Positions 10,678-24,600 are shown, counted from the first letter of the stretch. The stretch: 51,236 nt of DNA from Thraustochytrium aureum (GCA_012862495.1 BLSG01000398.1:1-51236); one strand, 5' to 3'. Program-made: numbers and translations. Notes: generated by a model from the letters alone, not told the origin.

Positions 10678-11470
10678 GCGGGCACTCCGCTTTGACGTCC
10701 GCGTCCGGTAGTCCAGTGAAGATCTAACATTCCGGTGGTTGGTCAGACAAGCTCGTTACGTGAAAAAGTACCTGCGTTCTCGCACCTTGAAGCCTCACCA
10801 TCAGGCCAGCGCGCAACAAGGTCCCCGCCGAGCGCCAAATTTTAACCAACTTGTTCTTTGTTCCTGCTCAACGGTAAAACTTGGAGTCATGTCCACGTGG
10901 GACTCGCACGGTGTGTGGAGGTGGCAGTGGCAAATTTACGAAAAAATCCGAACTTTATGAGCCGGAGCCACACGCTCGGAGGTCCTTCGGAGTCGGGCCG
11001 CACCCACGCCTCACCAGGGCTCTGCTTGCTGTCGGCTGACGACTCGGAGGAAGGTCGGATGGCTCGGTGGAGTAAGAGAGCCTGACTTGGTAGGCCTCTT
11101 CTAGCTACTCGTAGAGCGGTACCAATTCCAGTTTCGACTCGGGAAGGCCAATTTATCGACAGCAGCCGAGAGCGGCGGTTCATCAATCGACTCGGAGTTG
11201 CCCAGCCCGATTGAAGAAGAGCCTGCACTGATCCTTCTTGCTGAAAGGAGGATCCTCCTTTGCTGACTCATGTCAAGGAGGATGGATCCTCCTTGGTGCA
11301 CTGGCAGGCCGGGGCTCCTGCGCGTCGGTTCGGCGGATCCTCCTTGCCCGCACGTCCTCCTTGGGCTGGCCCGTGTCATTCACACTGATGAGACTGCAGC
11401 AACAGTGACAGGCCCGCTTGGATTGTTGATGATCAACAAAAGATCGCGAGCAGGACACCCGTGTTTTCAA

Positions 11471-11502
11471 CGTCCGTCCGTCCGTCCGTCCGTCCGTCCG
11501 TC
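11471..11502 (+). repeat. (CGTC)n microsatellite
   Basis: 8 copies read directly. Confidence 0.95.
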
Positions 11503-12208
11503 TTCCACACGTCCGTCAGCTCGGTCGGTCGAGTGGAGCGCGTACATAGTGGCCAATCGTCCCTCAGGAATTGCCGCCTCCCTTGGGACGACGTGCGAGA
11601 CAGCGCAGACACCGCCGAGCGCGACTCGTTTTTACCCTCGCCAGCCAACGAAGCCGCCTTGCGAGGCGCCCACTCACCTGCGCACTCCCCGTACCAACTC
11701 GAAGGCTGGCCGGTCGGAGGCGGCGGGTCCCGACTCTCGAAGCTCTGGCGCTCCCATTTGTGGCCCACTCCGTCCCTCTCTCGAGTCCAGTTCTTGCCCT
11801 CGAAGCGCCCTCCGCGGCCCAAGCCGCATCCACAGCTGGTCGCGCCGCCCTCTCAGCGTCCCCAGCAGTTGCGCTGCCGCCCTCTCGAAAGCCACGCAGT
11901 TCCAGCGCGCGGATTCGTGAGTGCCTNNNNNNNNNNNNNNNNNNNNNNNNNNNNNNNNNNNNNNNNNNNNNNNNNNNNNNNNNNNNNNNNNNNNNNNNNN
12001 NNNNNNNNNNNNNNNNNNNNNNNNNNNNNNNNNNNNNNNNNNNNNNNNNNNNNNNNNNNNNNNNNNNNNNNNNNNNNNNNNNNNNNNNNNNNNNNNNNNN
12101 NNNNNNNNNNNNNNNNNNNNNNNNNNNNNNNNNNNNNNNNNNNNNNNNNNNNNNNNNNNNNNNNNNNNNNNNNNNAAACACCGCGCGCGAGCAGCAACAA
12201 CCACCACT

Positions 12209-12531
12209 GCAGGCAGCAAGGCAGCAGGCAGGCAGGCAGGCAGCAGGCAGGCAGGCGGGCAGGCAGGCGGAGGAGAGGCAGGCGGGTCGCTAAGGTGGAG
12301 AGCGAGGGGCTTGCGAGGCAGGCAGGCAGGCGGGCAGGCAGGCAGGCAGGCAGGAGAGCAGGGGAGAGCGGGAGAGCAGGGGAGAGCGGGAGAGCAGGCG
12401 GGAGAGAGCGGCACGGGACGCGGCGCGGCGAGGCGAAGGAGGCAGGGAGGCGGGCAGGCGGCTGCGCACCACGCGCGGCCGCCGGCTGGTTGTGTTGTTG
12501 TTGTTGGTGGTGGTGGGTGGTGGTGGTGGTG
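12209..12531 (+). repeat. Compound low-complexity tract: (GGCA)n-like, purine-rich GGGAGAGC repeats and (GTT)/(GGT)n, upstream of the giant gene
   Basis: Read directly between the gap and ATG 12607. Confidence 0.85.
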
Positions 12532-12606
12532 CGGGCGGAAGGCGGCGCGAGGCGCACGGGAGGCTGGGGCGAAGGGCGGCGCGCGAGAGAGGGACGGAGA
12601 GAGAGG

Positions 12607-12684
12607 ATGGGCCCGGCGTGGACGGGGCTTGTTGCCCTGGCAGCGGCCCTGACCGTTGTGCTGGGAGCGTCGAGCGCGAGCGGG
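12607..12684 (+). other. Predicted signal peptide of the giant protein
   Basis: MGPAWTGLVALAAALTVVLGASSASG|QSPES: hydrophobic core followed by a small-residue cleavage site. Confidence 0.8.
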
Positions 12685-15600
12685 CAGAGCCCCGAGAGCG
12701 CTTGCATCGCGTTCAACACGAACGAGGACCAGTCGTACTGGGATGAAATTACGAATGTTTGCAAACCGTGTCTGGGAACGCCGGGGTGCGGGTTTTGCCT
12801 GAGCACGCTGCGGTGCCACGCCGGCGACGCCCACGGACCGCTGGACGGAAACACGTTCTGCCCGGACTGGGTAGGCGGCGCAGACGCGGCTTGCCCGATC
12901 AAGCCCGCGTGCGACGAGTTTACGGACTGCAACGGATGCGCGATGCACGAAGACTGCGCCTGGTGTCCGTCCGCGAACAAGTGCATGATCCTGACTGAGG
13001 TGTTTTCAAGCGGATGCCGCGGAACCGTCTTCGACCCGCCGTGCCCAGCCTCATTCATTGGGGTCAACCGCGTGCTCGGCAACATGGTCGTAGAGCCCGA
13101 CCCTGCGTTCGGTGGTGGCCACTTTGAGGCGTTCGGGCATGCGGAGGGGACAGGCAACAGGTTCGAGTTCACCCTGACAGACAGCGAGCTCGTCCTGCAG
13201 TCCGCGTACGACCTTTCCGCCAGTGCAGGCCACCGCGTTGGGATCAATGAGCGGGGCGGCGACGTCGCTGTAACAGCGGGAGACGGGCAGAGCCAGAACA
13301 AGGGCAAAGGTGGACACGTGTCGCTCCAGGCAGGCGCTGGGCTGGGCCAGGTCGCCCACGGCGGAGCCGGGGCCGGCGGGGACGTGCGCCTGACTGCAGG
13401 CTCCTCTTCAGAGGCGGCTGGCGGTCGTGTCGTTCTTCGCGCTGGCTTGAGTGCCGCCGGCCCAGGTGGGGACGTTCTGCTCTCATCGGGGGCGTCCACG
13501 TCGGCCGGTTCTGGCGACGTCGAAATTGGGTCGCACGACTCCGCCCTGCTGAGCTCGGGGCAGATTGTGCTTCGCAGCGGCAATGCTGCGACCCAGTCAG
13601 GCGATGTCGTCTTGCAAACTGGTGCGACTAGCTCTGGTTCGGTGGGCTCCATCTCGCTTCTTGGCGGCTCCTCCCACTGGGGCCGCCGTTCCCGGCGGGG
13701 GCATCAAGCTGCAAGCTGGTTCGGCTTCCGGGGCTGCTGCGCCCGGAGGAAATGTCGAGCTCGCGAGCGGTTCGGCAAGTGGGGACGGTGCCACCTCCGG
13801 CGCCGTTCGCATTGCTTCCGCAGCCGGAACGGCGTCCGGGGGCGTAAGTCTGCAAACCGGAGCCGCGTCTCAGGCCGCCTCCGGGGACATCACGCTTTCG
13901 ACGGGAGATTCGAGCACGTTCACGCCCGGCAAGATTGTGCTCCGAGTCGGTGCTGCCCTGTCGCGCGACCACGGAGGCGATATCGAGCTGCACGGAGGCC
14001 TCGCCACTGAGGCCACCCGCTCCGGCGGCGCCGTCATGCTCAACGCCGGCGCTGGGATGCGCGGCGGCGCCGTTCGACTGAACGGCGGCCTGGCCTCCGG
14101 CACGGACGGACCCCTGGATACAGGGGGGGGTGTTGACGTCCGAGGCGGCAACGCCCAGTCTGGAAAGGGTGGATCCGTCTCGATCCTATCCGGAACGTCG
14201 ATCCTCGACGCCTCCGGCGACGTAGCGATTGGCTCGGCGGCCACACCTGCCACCGGAAGCGACTCTGGCTACCTGTCACTGTCGACAGGCGACGCGATCC
14301 TCGGCGACTCTGGCATGATTGTGCTCAGAACCGGGAACAGCGCTTCGCGGCGAAGCGGGTCCATCTCGCTCCTCGCCGGGACAGGGGGCGGCGCCGTCAC
14401 GCTTCAGGCAGGGGCAGGCTCCGCAGACGCGGCGATCCCCGGCGGGCCCGTGCGCCTCACTTCTGGCTCTGGCCCGCAAACCGGGGATGTCGAGATTCGA
14501 TCGGCACCGTCCACTGGCGAGCCGTCAAACAACGCGAGCAGCTCAGGAGACGTCACCGTGCAGTCCGGCGACGTCTTGGCTGGCACAAGCGGGTCAGTGC
14601 GCATCGCGAGCGGGACGGGAACGCAGAACGGCAGAGCTGGGTCCGTCTCAATCCGTGTCGGTGGCTCTGCCTCAGGAAACGGCGGCTCGATTTCTCTCGC
14701 CGGCGGCATGACCTCTGAGGCGCAGGCCTCAGGCGGAAACGTGGAGCTTATTGCAGGTTCAGGTACAAACGTTGACGGCGGCTCCGGAGGCAGTGTTGTC
14801 CTGCGAGGCGGACCCGCAGGAGGCAACGCAGACGCCGACGGCGGGAGTCTTGGCATCGGAGGCAACGTAGAAAATGTACGGCGGCTTCTCGGCGGACTCG
14901 CCCGGCGGAGCCGTCATGCTCACAGGCGGCGAATCTACCAAGAACTTTGGCGGCAACATCGTTCTGCGCTCTGGAAACGGGGTAGCGACCTCGAGCGGCA
15001 GCATCTCCATCTTCACTGCAAACGCAGGGCCGGTGGGTGTTTCCGGAAGTATTTCACTCAGCACCGGGACCTCGTCAAACGGAGACTCCGGGACTGTGTC
15101 AGTGGAATCCGGGGACGCGGCTGGTGGTCGGGCTGGCTCGATCAGCGTAGCCGTGGGCGTCTCGGAGGAGGGCGACGGGGGCGATGTTTTTGTCTCGGCA
15201 GGCCTATCAAAGTCTGGGGCCACAACTGGCGGCCGCGTTGTCATTTCGGGCGGAGAAGGCCAAGACGTCGACTTGTCAAACGGTGGCAACGGAGGCGCTG
15301 TCTTCATCTCTGGTGGCGAGGCAAAGGGCAGGGCCGCCTCAGACGCTGGCGGAGCAGTCTTGGTTTCTGGTGGCCTCGCTGCGGGCGGGAATGGGGGCGA
15401 TCTTGAACTCCTCTCGGGCCGCTCAGCTGAGAGGTCCTCGGGCCCTGTGCTGCTTGCATCCAGTGACGCAGGTCTCTCGGGCGTATCCGGCGATATTGTG
15501 ATCCGCACAGGACGTGCAACGGCGGGAGACGCGGGATCGATCGCACTCACAACCGGACAAGCCGTCGACGGTGCCGGCGGCAGCCTTGTCCTCTCGGTTG

Positions 15601-18600
15601 GCAACGGCGATTACGGCGACGGCGGAGACATCATGCTCACGGCAGGGACCACGCTCGACACCGGTCGAGTAGGCGGTGCAGTTGAGATCCGAGGAGGCCA
15701 GGGTGCAAGCCCCCATTCCGGTGACGGCGGCGACGGCGGCCAGGTTCGCCTTTTTGGCGGTGAAGCCCGCGGAACAAGCTCTGGCGACGTGGGCGGGGAC
15801 GTCATTGTCGAAGGTGGGCGGGCTTTCGCTGGCACTGGGGGTAGCATGCGTTTCACGTCTGGCGCGGGCACGGCGACGAGTTCCGGGCGCGTCTTGATTG
15901 AAACCAGTAATGCGGGTCGAAACGGTGTGTCAGGCTCCTTGACCCTCTCCACCGGCACAGCGAGCCAAGGGAGCTCTGGCTTTGTCAACGTGGAAACAGG
16001 GCGCGCGCTTGGCGGGAGCGGTGGCTTTATCAACGTTGTCGTCGGCGAAGGCAACTACGGCGACGGAGGCCACATCAACGTTGCGGCTGGCAAGACCACC
16101 GACAGCTCTGGTGCTTCGGGTGGGTACATCGCCGTAACGACTGGCTACTCTGCGCAAACGTCCTCCGGGTCGTTTGCGCTCCGGACGCCCAACGCAGGTC
16201 TCATCGGCGTTTCCGGGGGGATTTCGCTTTCGACCGGAACGAGCAGTGCCGGCGCGTCCGGCCACGTCGGTATCGGAACGGGCTACTCCAATGGCGGCCC
16301 AGGCGGCGATGTTCGTGTCTACGTAGGTACTGGACATTCCGGCGACGGTGGCAATGTTACGATTACGGCGGGCGAGGCAACCGCAAGGGCCGCCACTGGT
16401 GGCAACGTTGTAATTGCTGCAGGCGAGGGCTCCAGTCAAGAAATCGGCAACGGGGGCAACGGCGGCAAAGTCCAGGTATTTGGTGGCGCCGCTCAAGGCC
16501 GAAGCAAAGACGACTTTGGCGGCAACGTCGAGCTACAAGGCGGCTACGCACACACCGGTACCGGTGGCAGCGTGGTGCTCCACTCTGGCTTCAGCCTCTC
16601 ATCGAGCAGTGGAAGTCTCGTGCTTCGCACAGCCAACGCGGGTACTGCTGGACTTTCAGGCGCGATCACACTGTCGACGGGCGAATCCACCGCAGAGTCC
16701 TCCGGAGCAATCAACGTTGGATCAGGCACCGCACGGGGTGGTCGCGGAGGGGACATTTCTGTCACCGTCGGCACGGGCAACCTGGGGCGGGGCGGTAACA
16801 TCACGCTCACTGCAGGCACGACAACTGCAACTCGCTCGGGCTCTACCGGTGGCACAGTCTCGATCACGACAGGCTTCTCCAAGGAGACGAGCAGTGGAAA
16901 CTTTGTGGTTAGGACACCGAATTCCGGGTCCTCTGGCGTCTCCGGGTCTATGGTTTTCTCGACAGGCACTGCCTTCAGTGGCAACTCGGGCCGCTTTCAT
17001 GTTGCCACCGGAACCGCGCAAAAAGGTAGTGGGGGCGAGATTGACATGGCAGTTGGACGGGGCTTCGTTGGCGACGGTGGATTCGTCCGCCTCACCGCAG
17101 GCGAAGCCACGGCTGCTGCCGCTACTGGCGGCTTCGTGCGGATTACGGCAGGACGAGGCTCAAACACCGACTCCACCAACGGTGGCGATGGTGGGCATGT
17201 TGAGATTTTCGGCGGCGAAGCACGTGGCAGAAACGCCCAGGATTTGGGCGGCGATGTCGCGCTCACCGGCGGCGAAGCCAATAGAGGATCCGGGGGCTCT
17301 ATCGTGCTGAAAAGCGGTGTCTCTGAAATCGCCTCGAGTGGGTTGGTGAGCATTACGACCGCAGACTCTGGCCCCAATGGCGTTTCCGGCAGCGTGTCGC
17401 TCAGGACTGGGGAGTCGCTGGACGGTCCCAGCGGCATTCTGCAGCTCTCTACGGGGATCGCAAATGGCGGCAACGGCGGCAGCATTCGCGCCGAGGTGGG
17501 CAGTGGCAATGTCGGCGATGGCGGCGACGTGATCGTCACCGCTGGTATCACCAGCGCCGCCGCAAGGAAAGGCGGGAGTGTCTACATATCCGCAGGGAAC
17601 GGGACAGCCAAGACCACCACAGGACCGCTGGGCGGAGGAGACGGCGGGGACATTCACATGACCAGTGGTCATGCGGAGGGCCGTGTCAGCGTCGATCGAG
17701 GCGGCAACTTCACGATCAATGCAGGCTCGAGCCAGGCGGGCACGGGCGGGTCTGTTTGGATCTATTCGGGGCGCTCATTTCTCGCAAGCAGTGGCGAAGT
17801 CCGGATCGGCTCTGCAAACGCTGGCGACGACGGTGTTTCGGGTCCAATGACGCTTCACACTGGCGTCTCAACAAAAGGGTCCTCCGGAGCCATCATGCTC
17901 GCCACTGGCACCGCCGTGGGAGGCTCGGCTGGGAACATCACCATAAATGTCGGCACGGGCAACGCGGGCAGTGGTGGCAACCTGACGCTTTCAGCTGGGG
18001 GGACAACTGGGGTCGCATCTGGTGGCGCCTTGAGCCTCACCTCGGGCTTCTCCAGCACAACTTCTTCGGGAAATATTGCGATTCTCACCGCGAATGCCGG
18101 GGCTCGCGGCGTCAGCGGATCGATTAGCCTTTCAACGGGGACCGCGTCTAACGGGAACTCCGGTATCCTACAGATTAGCACTGGTCGCGCCAACGACGGC
18201 ATGGGCGGGAGCGTGCTGATTCATGTTGGAACTGGCGAGGGCGAGTTGACCAAGGTGGGAGGGAACGTTACCCTCCGCGCCGGGAACACGACGGCGGACG
18301 GCACAACCGGAGGCGGCGTCTACATCCTGGCTGGCGATGGTATGTCGCAGAGCCAGAGCGGCGGCGGCCGGGGTGGCGAGGTAGTTCTGCGCGCGGGGCA
18401 TGCCGACGGCAAGAATTCCGTAGACAACGGCGGCAACATGTTTCTTAGCGGAGGATCCTCTGTAGCAGGCGTTGGTGGAAACGTGACGATTCTCACAGGG
18501 CGCTCCTCCGGATCGAGCTCAGGCAAGCTGCAGCTCGCTAGCGCGGACGCTGGCACGCAGGGTGCCAGCGGGAGTGTCTCCATCACCAGCGGATCCGCAG

Positions 18601-21600
18601 AGCGACACAACTCTGGCACGATAGAGATTTCCACCGGTCCGGCGAATGGTGGTGCTGGCGGTCCTGTTCTCGTTGCTGTCGGTCAGGGGACCTCCGGTAC
18701 TGGTGGGGAAATTTTCCTGAAGGCAGGCTCGACGTCATCGGCAACACACGACGGCGGCGCGATCCGCTTGCTCTCTGGGGCAGCGTCGTCTAAGCAGCAA
18801 ACGTCTGGAGCGCTCGAGCTCCAGACTGCCCCAGGCGTCGGCGGGAGTGGTTCAGTCCTGATTGCAACTGGGAATTCCGATTCATTGCGTTCGGGTGTTA
18901 TCCGCTTGAACACTGGCAACGCAACCACCTCCCGTGCTGGTGACATCGAATTATCTGTTGGGAGTTCTGGAGTTGGCGCTGGCGGCTCCGTTGCGCTTTC
19001 AGCTGGCCTAGCGGCCGGGTTGCCGGCGACCGGGGGTAGCGTTTCGATTGTTTCTGGTCCCTCAACTCGTGCCACCTCAGGAAGCATTCTCGTGGCGACT
19101 CCGTCTGCAGGTCACGAGGGCGGTTCTGGCTCGATCAATATTACGACTGGCCGTGCAACCAAGGACCAGTCGGGGAACATTACCTTGTCAACAGGAGACT
19201 CGTCGAGCGGACACGGCGGCGATATCGTTCTTGAAGTGGGCGGAGCCACCAGGTCCACGGGCGGATTCGTAGGGATCCGCGCGGGAAACACGAGTGCCGA
19301 CAAAACAACCGGGCTCGTCCCTTCTGGGGGGAGAGTCGAGATTGTGGCTGGCTCTGCGACGCACCAGGGAGCCGGGATTGGAGGCGACGTCGTTGTCTCC
19401 GCAGGCGTTTCGCTAGGAAGGGATGCAACGAATCGTGGCGGCTCGCTTGTGTTTGCTGCTGGCTCGGCTGTCGGGGGCGTCGGCGGAAACGTCTCCGTCG
19501 CAACTGGTTCAAGCACCGAATCGAACAGCGGCACCCTGCGGCTGGACACGGGGCTCTCTGGATCGAAAGGTGCGTCTGGTTCGATTTTTCTCCAAACTGG
19601 TGTTTCTCTTGGCCAGACGTCCGGACAGGTCGTCCTCCGGACAGGACGCTCTGCGAAGGGCGCTGGCGGCGATGTCGTGATCGCCGTCGGGAATGGAACT
19701 AGCGGGGCTGGTGGCTCGGTTAGCATATCCGCAGGCAACACGGAACAGAGTGGGCCAAGCGCGACCGGTGGTTGGGTTTCGATTCAGTCTGGCGCCTCCG
19801 CAGCCACGTCTAGTGGATCAGTGTCTGTTGGATCTGCCAACGCTGGCGTGGAGGGCGTGAGCGGCTTCTTAGTCCTCTCAACCGGCGCTACCTTGGATGG
19901 GTCCAGTGGGCCAATTAACATGACGAGCGGTTTCGCAATGGGAGGCTCTGGGGGTTCGATTCGGATTGCTGTTGGTGGGGCAACTGCGCCTCTGCAGCGA
20001 GGAACTGCCGGTGGGAATGTCACTATCCTTGCAGGCGACACTGCTGCGAACGATGCTTTCGGGGGCGACATCACGCTACAGGCAGGATCCGGCTCCAGCA
20101 CAGATGATAAGCTCGGCGGGCAAGGCGGAAACGTGGTCTTGCGCGGTGGCGCAACGGCCTCAAAGACAAGTGGTGCGACGGGCGGCCGCCTGGTTTTCGA
20201 AGGAGGGTTGGCCTCAAGCGGAGAAGGAGGCTCGGTCAGTATCAAGTCGGGTCGGGGTTCCGCGACGACGAGCGGCTCCCTGAATCTTTCCACCGCTGAT
20301 GCAGGTACGGCTGGCGCCACAGGTAACGTGTCGATGACCTCCGGCGACTCTACTAAGGGTGCATCCGGGAACGTATACATTGCTACCGGTGCCGCGAAAG
20401 GCGGGGCAAGCGGGACGATCTCAATCCTCGGCGGGAGGAGCGATACACATATTGGTGGCGATCTGATCCTTTCCGCCGGCTCGAGTTCCACGAAAAATGG
20501 CGGGGGGTTGTTGTTGAGACTGGCTCATCGACTTCGGCTTCAAGCGGCTCACTTTTTCTGCGGACGTCTCCTGCGGGAGTCCAGGGCGACTCTGGATCTG
20601 TTAGCGTCTCCACTGGCTCGACCACAAAGGGGAGCTCGGGGGACATCCTTCTCGCAACTGGAGGGAGCAAGGGGGCGCCAGCGGGGTCAGTGCGCATCGA
20701 AGTCGGCACTAGCTCTGGTGGATCGAGAGCTTCGAACCTTGACCTCCGTGGAGGGAACATTACCGACGCTGATGTACGTGGTGGGAACGTTACCATCATG
20801 TCTGGCATGAGCGGGCGAACCTCAAGTGGCTTCGTCCATATTCTTTCTGCGGACGCCGGCGTCAAGGGAACGAGTGGCGATGTCGTTGTCGGCACCGGTG
20901 TTGCCACAGTCGGCTCCTCGGGCCGCCTTGAGCTTTTCACTGGAAGTAGCAAGAGCGGTCCTGCTGGCCCCATTCGCATCGCAGTTGGGGTAAGCAACAG
21001 CGGCGATGGAGGCGACGTTTCCATCTCGGCAGGGAGTGTTGTTTCAGGCTCCTTCTCTGGAGGGGCCGTCCGCGTTTCGAGCGGGGGCAGTGAGCTTGGT
21101 TCCTCCGGCCCGGTGCTTGTAGAGACCCCTGCGTCTCCGAAGGGGCGCAGTGGAGACATCCATGTGAAAACGGGCACCACCGATAGCGCAGACGCACCTT
21201 CTGGCGATCTGACTTTAGAGACAGGGTCAGCGACGCTCGGCTCCTCGGGAGCGATCGAGATACGGGCAGGCGTTGCTGTCAAGAAAGGTGGCAGTATTCT
21301 TGTCGCTGCTGGAGATTCTACCACACAGGACGGGGGCGACGTGGTCGTGCAGTCTGGCTCGGCTGCAGCCGCTCAAGGCTCGTCCGGGTCGGTCTTCGTA
21401 CGTTCGAGCGCTTCTGCAATGGGACCAACCGGGGCCGTAGATCTCGCAACAGGAAACTCGACGTCTAGTAGTTCGGGCCCCATCAACATTTCGACAGGTT
21501 CGGCTCGGAAAGCCGCTGGCGACATCACTCTCAGAGTCGGGAAGAGCCAAGATCTAGCTGGTGGTCAGATCCAGCTTCGCGCTGGGGACTCTGAAATAGC

Positions 21601-24600
21601 CCGAGACGGCGGCGCTGTTATCATTGAAGGCGGCGTTGGCAGCGCGCGCAGCGGTTCAATTTCCCTCGCTTCACTTGCCTCCCCGAAAGGCGGTACTGCC
21701 TCCGGAAACGTGAGTCTCGCAACCGGCTCAAGCGAGGACGGCGCGGTCTCTGGGAACCTTTTCATGTCCACTGGCGACGTCGACGGGTCAGGCACGTCCG
21801 GAAGCCTGTTTGTTGCTCTTGGCAAGTCTGCGAGCGGCTCTGGCGGCGCGGTCTCTATCCGCGCCGGTGGGAGCAGCTCCGAGAGCAGAAACGACGCTGC
21901 AGGGGGCATCACAATCGAGGCGGGCTCAGGCATGTCCTCTCAGGCTCGTGGCGGTTCAGTGAATATCGCTGGCGGCTCCTCTAGAGGTACTGCCGTTGGC
22001 GGAGGTAATGTCACCGTCTCAGGCGGCTCTGCAACGTCGAGTGGACCAGGCGGTAACATCGTGATTCGCTCTGGCGCCTCCGCTGGAGGTGACACGGGGA
22101 GTGTACAGCTGCTTTCCGCTGACGCAGCGAACGGCGATTCAGGCGATGTTGCGATCAAATCGGGTTCTGCTGCCGGAAGTGGGAAGGTGTCAGGCGATGT
22201 TCGTATCGAGACGGGCGCCGCAGGCGCTGTCGCTGGCAACATCACGATGAGCGTCGGCACAACTCAGGGCAGGAACGGAGGCGAGATTCGCGTCTCAGCT
22301 GGTGCCTCGTCTCATAGCACTGGTGTAGGCGGTGACTTGACTCTGATCAGTGGTGCAGGGACGGCAAGTGGGCGTGTCGATCTAGCAAGCGCTAGCAGCG
22401 GCGACAACGGCGTTTCTGGGCCTGTCACTGTCGGCACTGGTTCGGCGACACTGTCGTCTGGGGCCCTCGATCTTTCAACGGGGAGGTCCACAAGTGGCGA
22501 TGCGGGCCGCATAAGCATCGCTGCTGGTTCTTCCGTAGGCGTTCCCGGCGCTCGCGTTGCCATTTCCGCCGGGAACAGCACGAACATGCGTGGTGGCGAG
22601 CTGACTTTGCGCTCGGGGTTCTCTGCAGCCGGTGAAAGTGGCTTTGTCTCCATTTCTTCTGCAACGGGCACGCAGTCGTCAGGGTCCCTGAGCATGGGAT
22701 CTGGCAGTGCCATCGACGGGAGCAGCGGAATGGTCAACATTTCGACTGGAACGGCTCATGATGGCCGAGCAGGGCGTATCGAGGTAGCGGTGGGGCAGAG
22801 CGCATCTGGGCAAGGCGGCGATATCCTCCTCCAGGCTGGTCAATCCAGAACGGCGACCGGCGGGTCTGTTCTTGTCTCCTCTGGCTCAACCGCCTCGACT
22901 CACTCGAGCGGATCCGTTGTGATCCGATCTGCTGGAGCCCAGAACGGCGTTTCAGGTGGCGTGGAGCTGCTCACAGGCGACACGAACGCTTTGCAGTCCG
23001 GTACCATTTCGCTTCGTACGGGAACGAGTAAGCTGGCCGCTGGGTCAATCCGCCTAGCCGCAGGCGAAACCAACTCTGGCACTGCAGAAGGCGCAGAAGT
23101 CTCCATTACTGCAGGTGCTGCTTTGGGCACTGGACACGGTGGTCGCGTCGTTGTTACCAGTGGAACGTCACGTAGGGCAAGGTCCGGGGAGGTCAGAATC
23201 GGCTCTGCTGGCTTTGTTGCCACTGAGGCGAGCGGCTCGTCTGGGGAAGTTGTTCTGAGCAGCGGAGCGGCTTCTGGAACGGGGTTCTCTTCCGGGTCGC
23301 TCACGGTCTCTACTGGCGTTTCCGCGAGCGGCCGTGCCGGTGACATTGATATTCGCGTTGGCAACAGCGGCGGTGGCGATGTGGGCGGTTCGTTGAGCCT
23401 TCAAGCAGGAAACAAGACTGCAGGCGACGGCGCGGGCGGCTCGCTCCAACTCGTCTCTGGTGCATCTGCAAGTGGGTCCAGCAGTGGTGAGGTCTCGATT
23501 GTGACGCCCGGTGCTGTGAATGCTCCAAGCGGGACAATTAAGCTTGCGACTGGCTCCACGACGCGGGGTGGCGAAAGTGGCGGGTTGATGCTTGAAACAG
23601 GAAGCGCAGGGCAGGCCGCCTCCGGTGGCATTGAACTCCGCGTCGGCGCGAGTCAAGAGGCTTTCGGTGGCAACGTCGAAGTCTTCGCCGGCAACACCTC
23701 TAAAGGTGGCAGAGGGGGGCACGTGGTTCTAACTGCTGGTAGCGCAACTGATCAGTCAAGCACTGGCGTCGGCGGCTCTCTCTCCCTCATCGGTGGGTCG
23801 ACGACGAGCAAGTCTTCTTCCACCAGCGGTGGAGGGGTTTCCATCGCAGCCGGTTCTGCCGAAAAAGGTAGCGGCGGAAGCATTGCGATTGTTTCCGGTG
23901 CATCAGACGGCTCGTTTTCTGGGCGCATAGACATTCGAACGGCAGCGTCAGGCAAGCGAAGTGGCTCAGCCGCTTTCGGTACCGGTGCAAGTGGTGAGGG
24001 CACCTCAGGCTCCCTATCGCTCAGCACTGGTGACACGATGCAAGGCAAGGCCGGCGACATTTCGCTCGTCGTTGGATCTGGAAACAGCGGAACCGGAGGT
24101 GGCCTCATCTTATCCGCCGGCCGCGCTGACCGAGGTGGCGATGTTAGGATTCGGTCTGGGCTGGGCATCACCAAGGGTTCTGGCTCCGTTCTGGTGTCGA
24201 CTCCGTCACCTGAAGACTTCGAGGCTTCTGGTTCGATTGAACTTTCAACTGGCAATGGTGGCAGCAGTAGTGGTCAATCTGGCAACCTGGTCCTCGCAAC
24301 AGGTCACGCTCCACGTGGCGCGAGCGGGTCTATCACTCTATCGGTTGGCGAATCGACCTACAGAGGCGGGCCGGCGGGATCTGTCTCGATTTTCGCTGGC
24401 ACTTCACACGAGCACAGCGGAGGCGCTGTCACTATCGCGAGTGGGGCAAGCTTGATGGAGAAAGATGACGCCTCCAGCGGAAACGCAACCCTCACAACGG
24501 GTGTGAGTATGAAAAGGTCCGGTTCGCTTCTTTTGGGGACCGGGGCAGCCGAAGGAGCGTCTGGCGAAATCCGCATTGCCAGTGGGGACTCTTCAAGCTC

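Noticed and set aside
11461..12606. N-terminal extension of the 849-aa ORF upstream of ATG 12607
   Set aside because: It runs through an N gap and microsatellite translations. ATG 12607 directly precedes a clear signal peptide.
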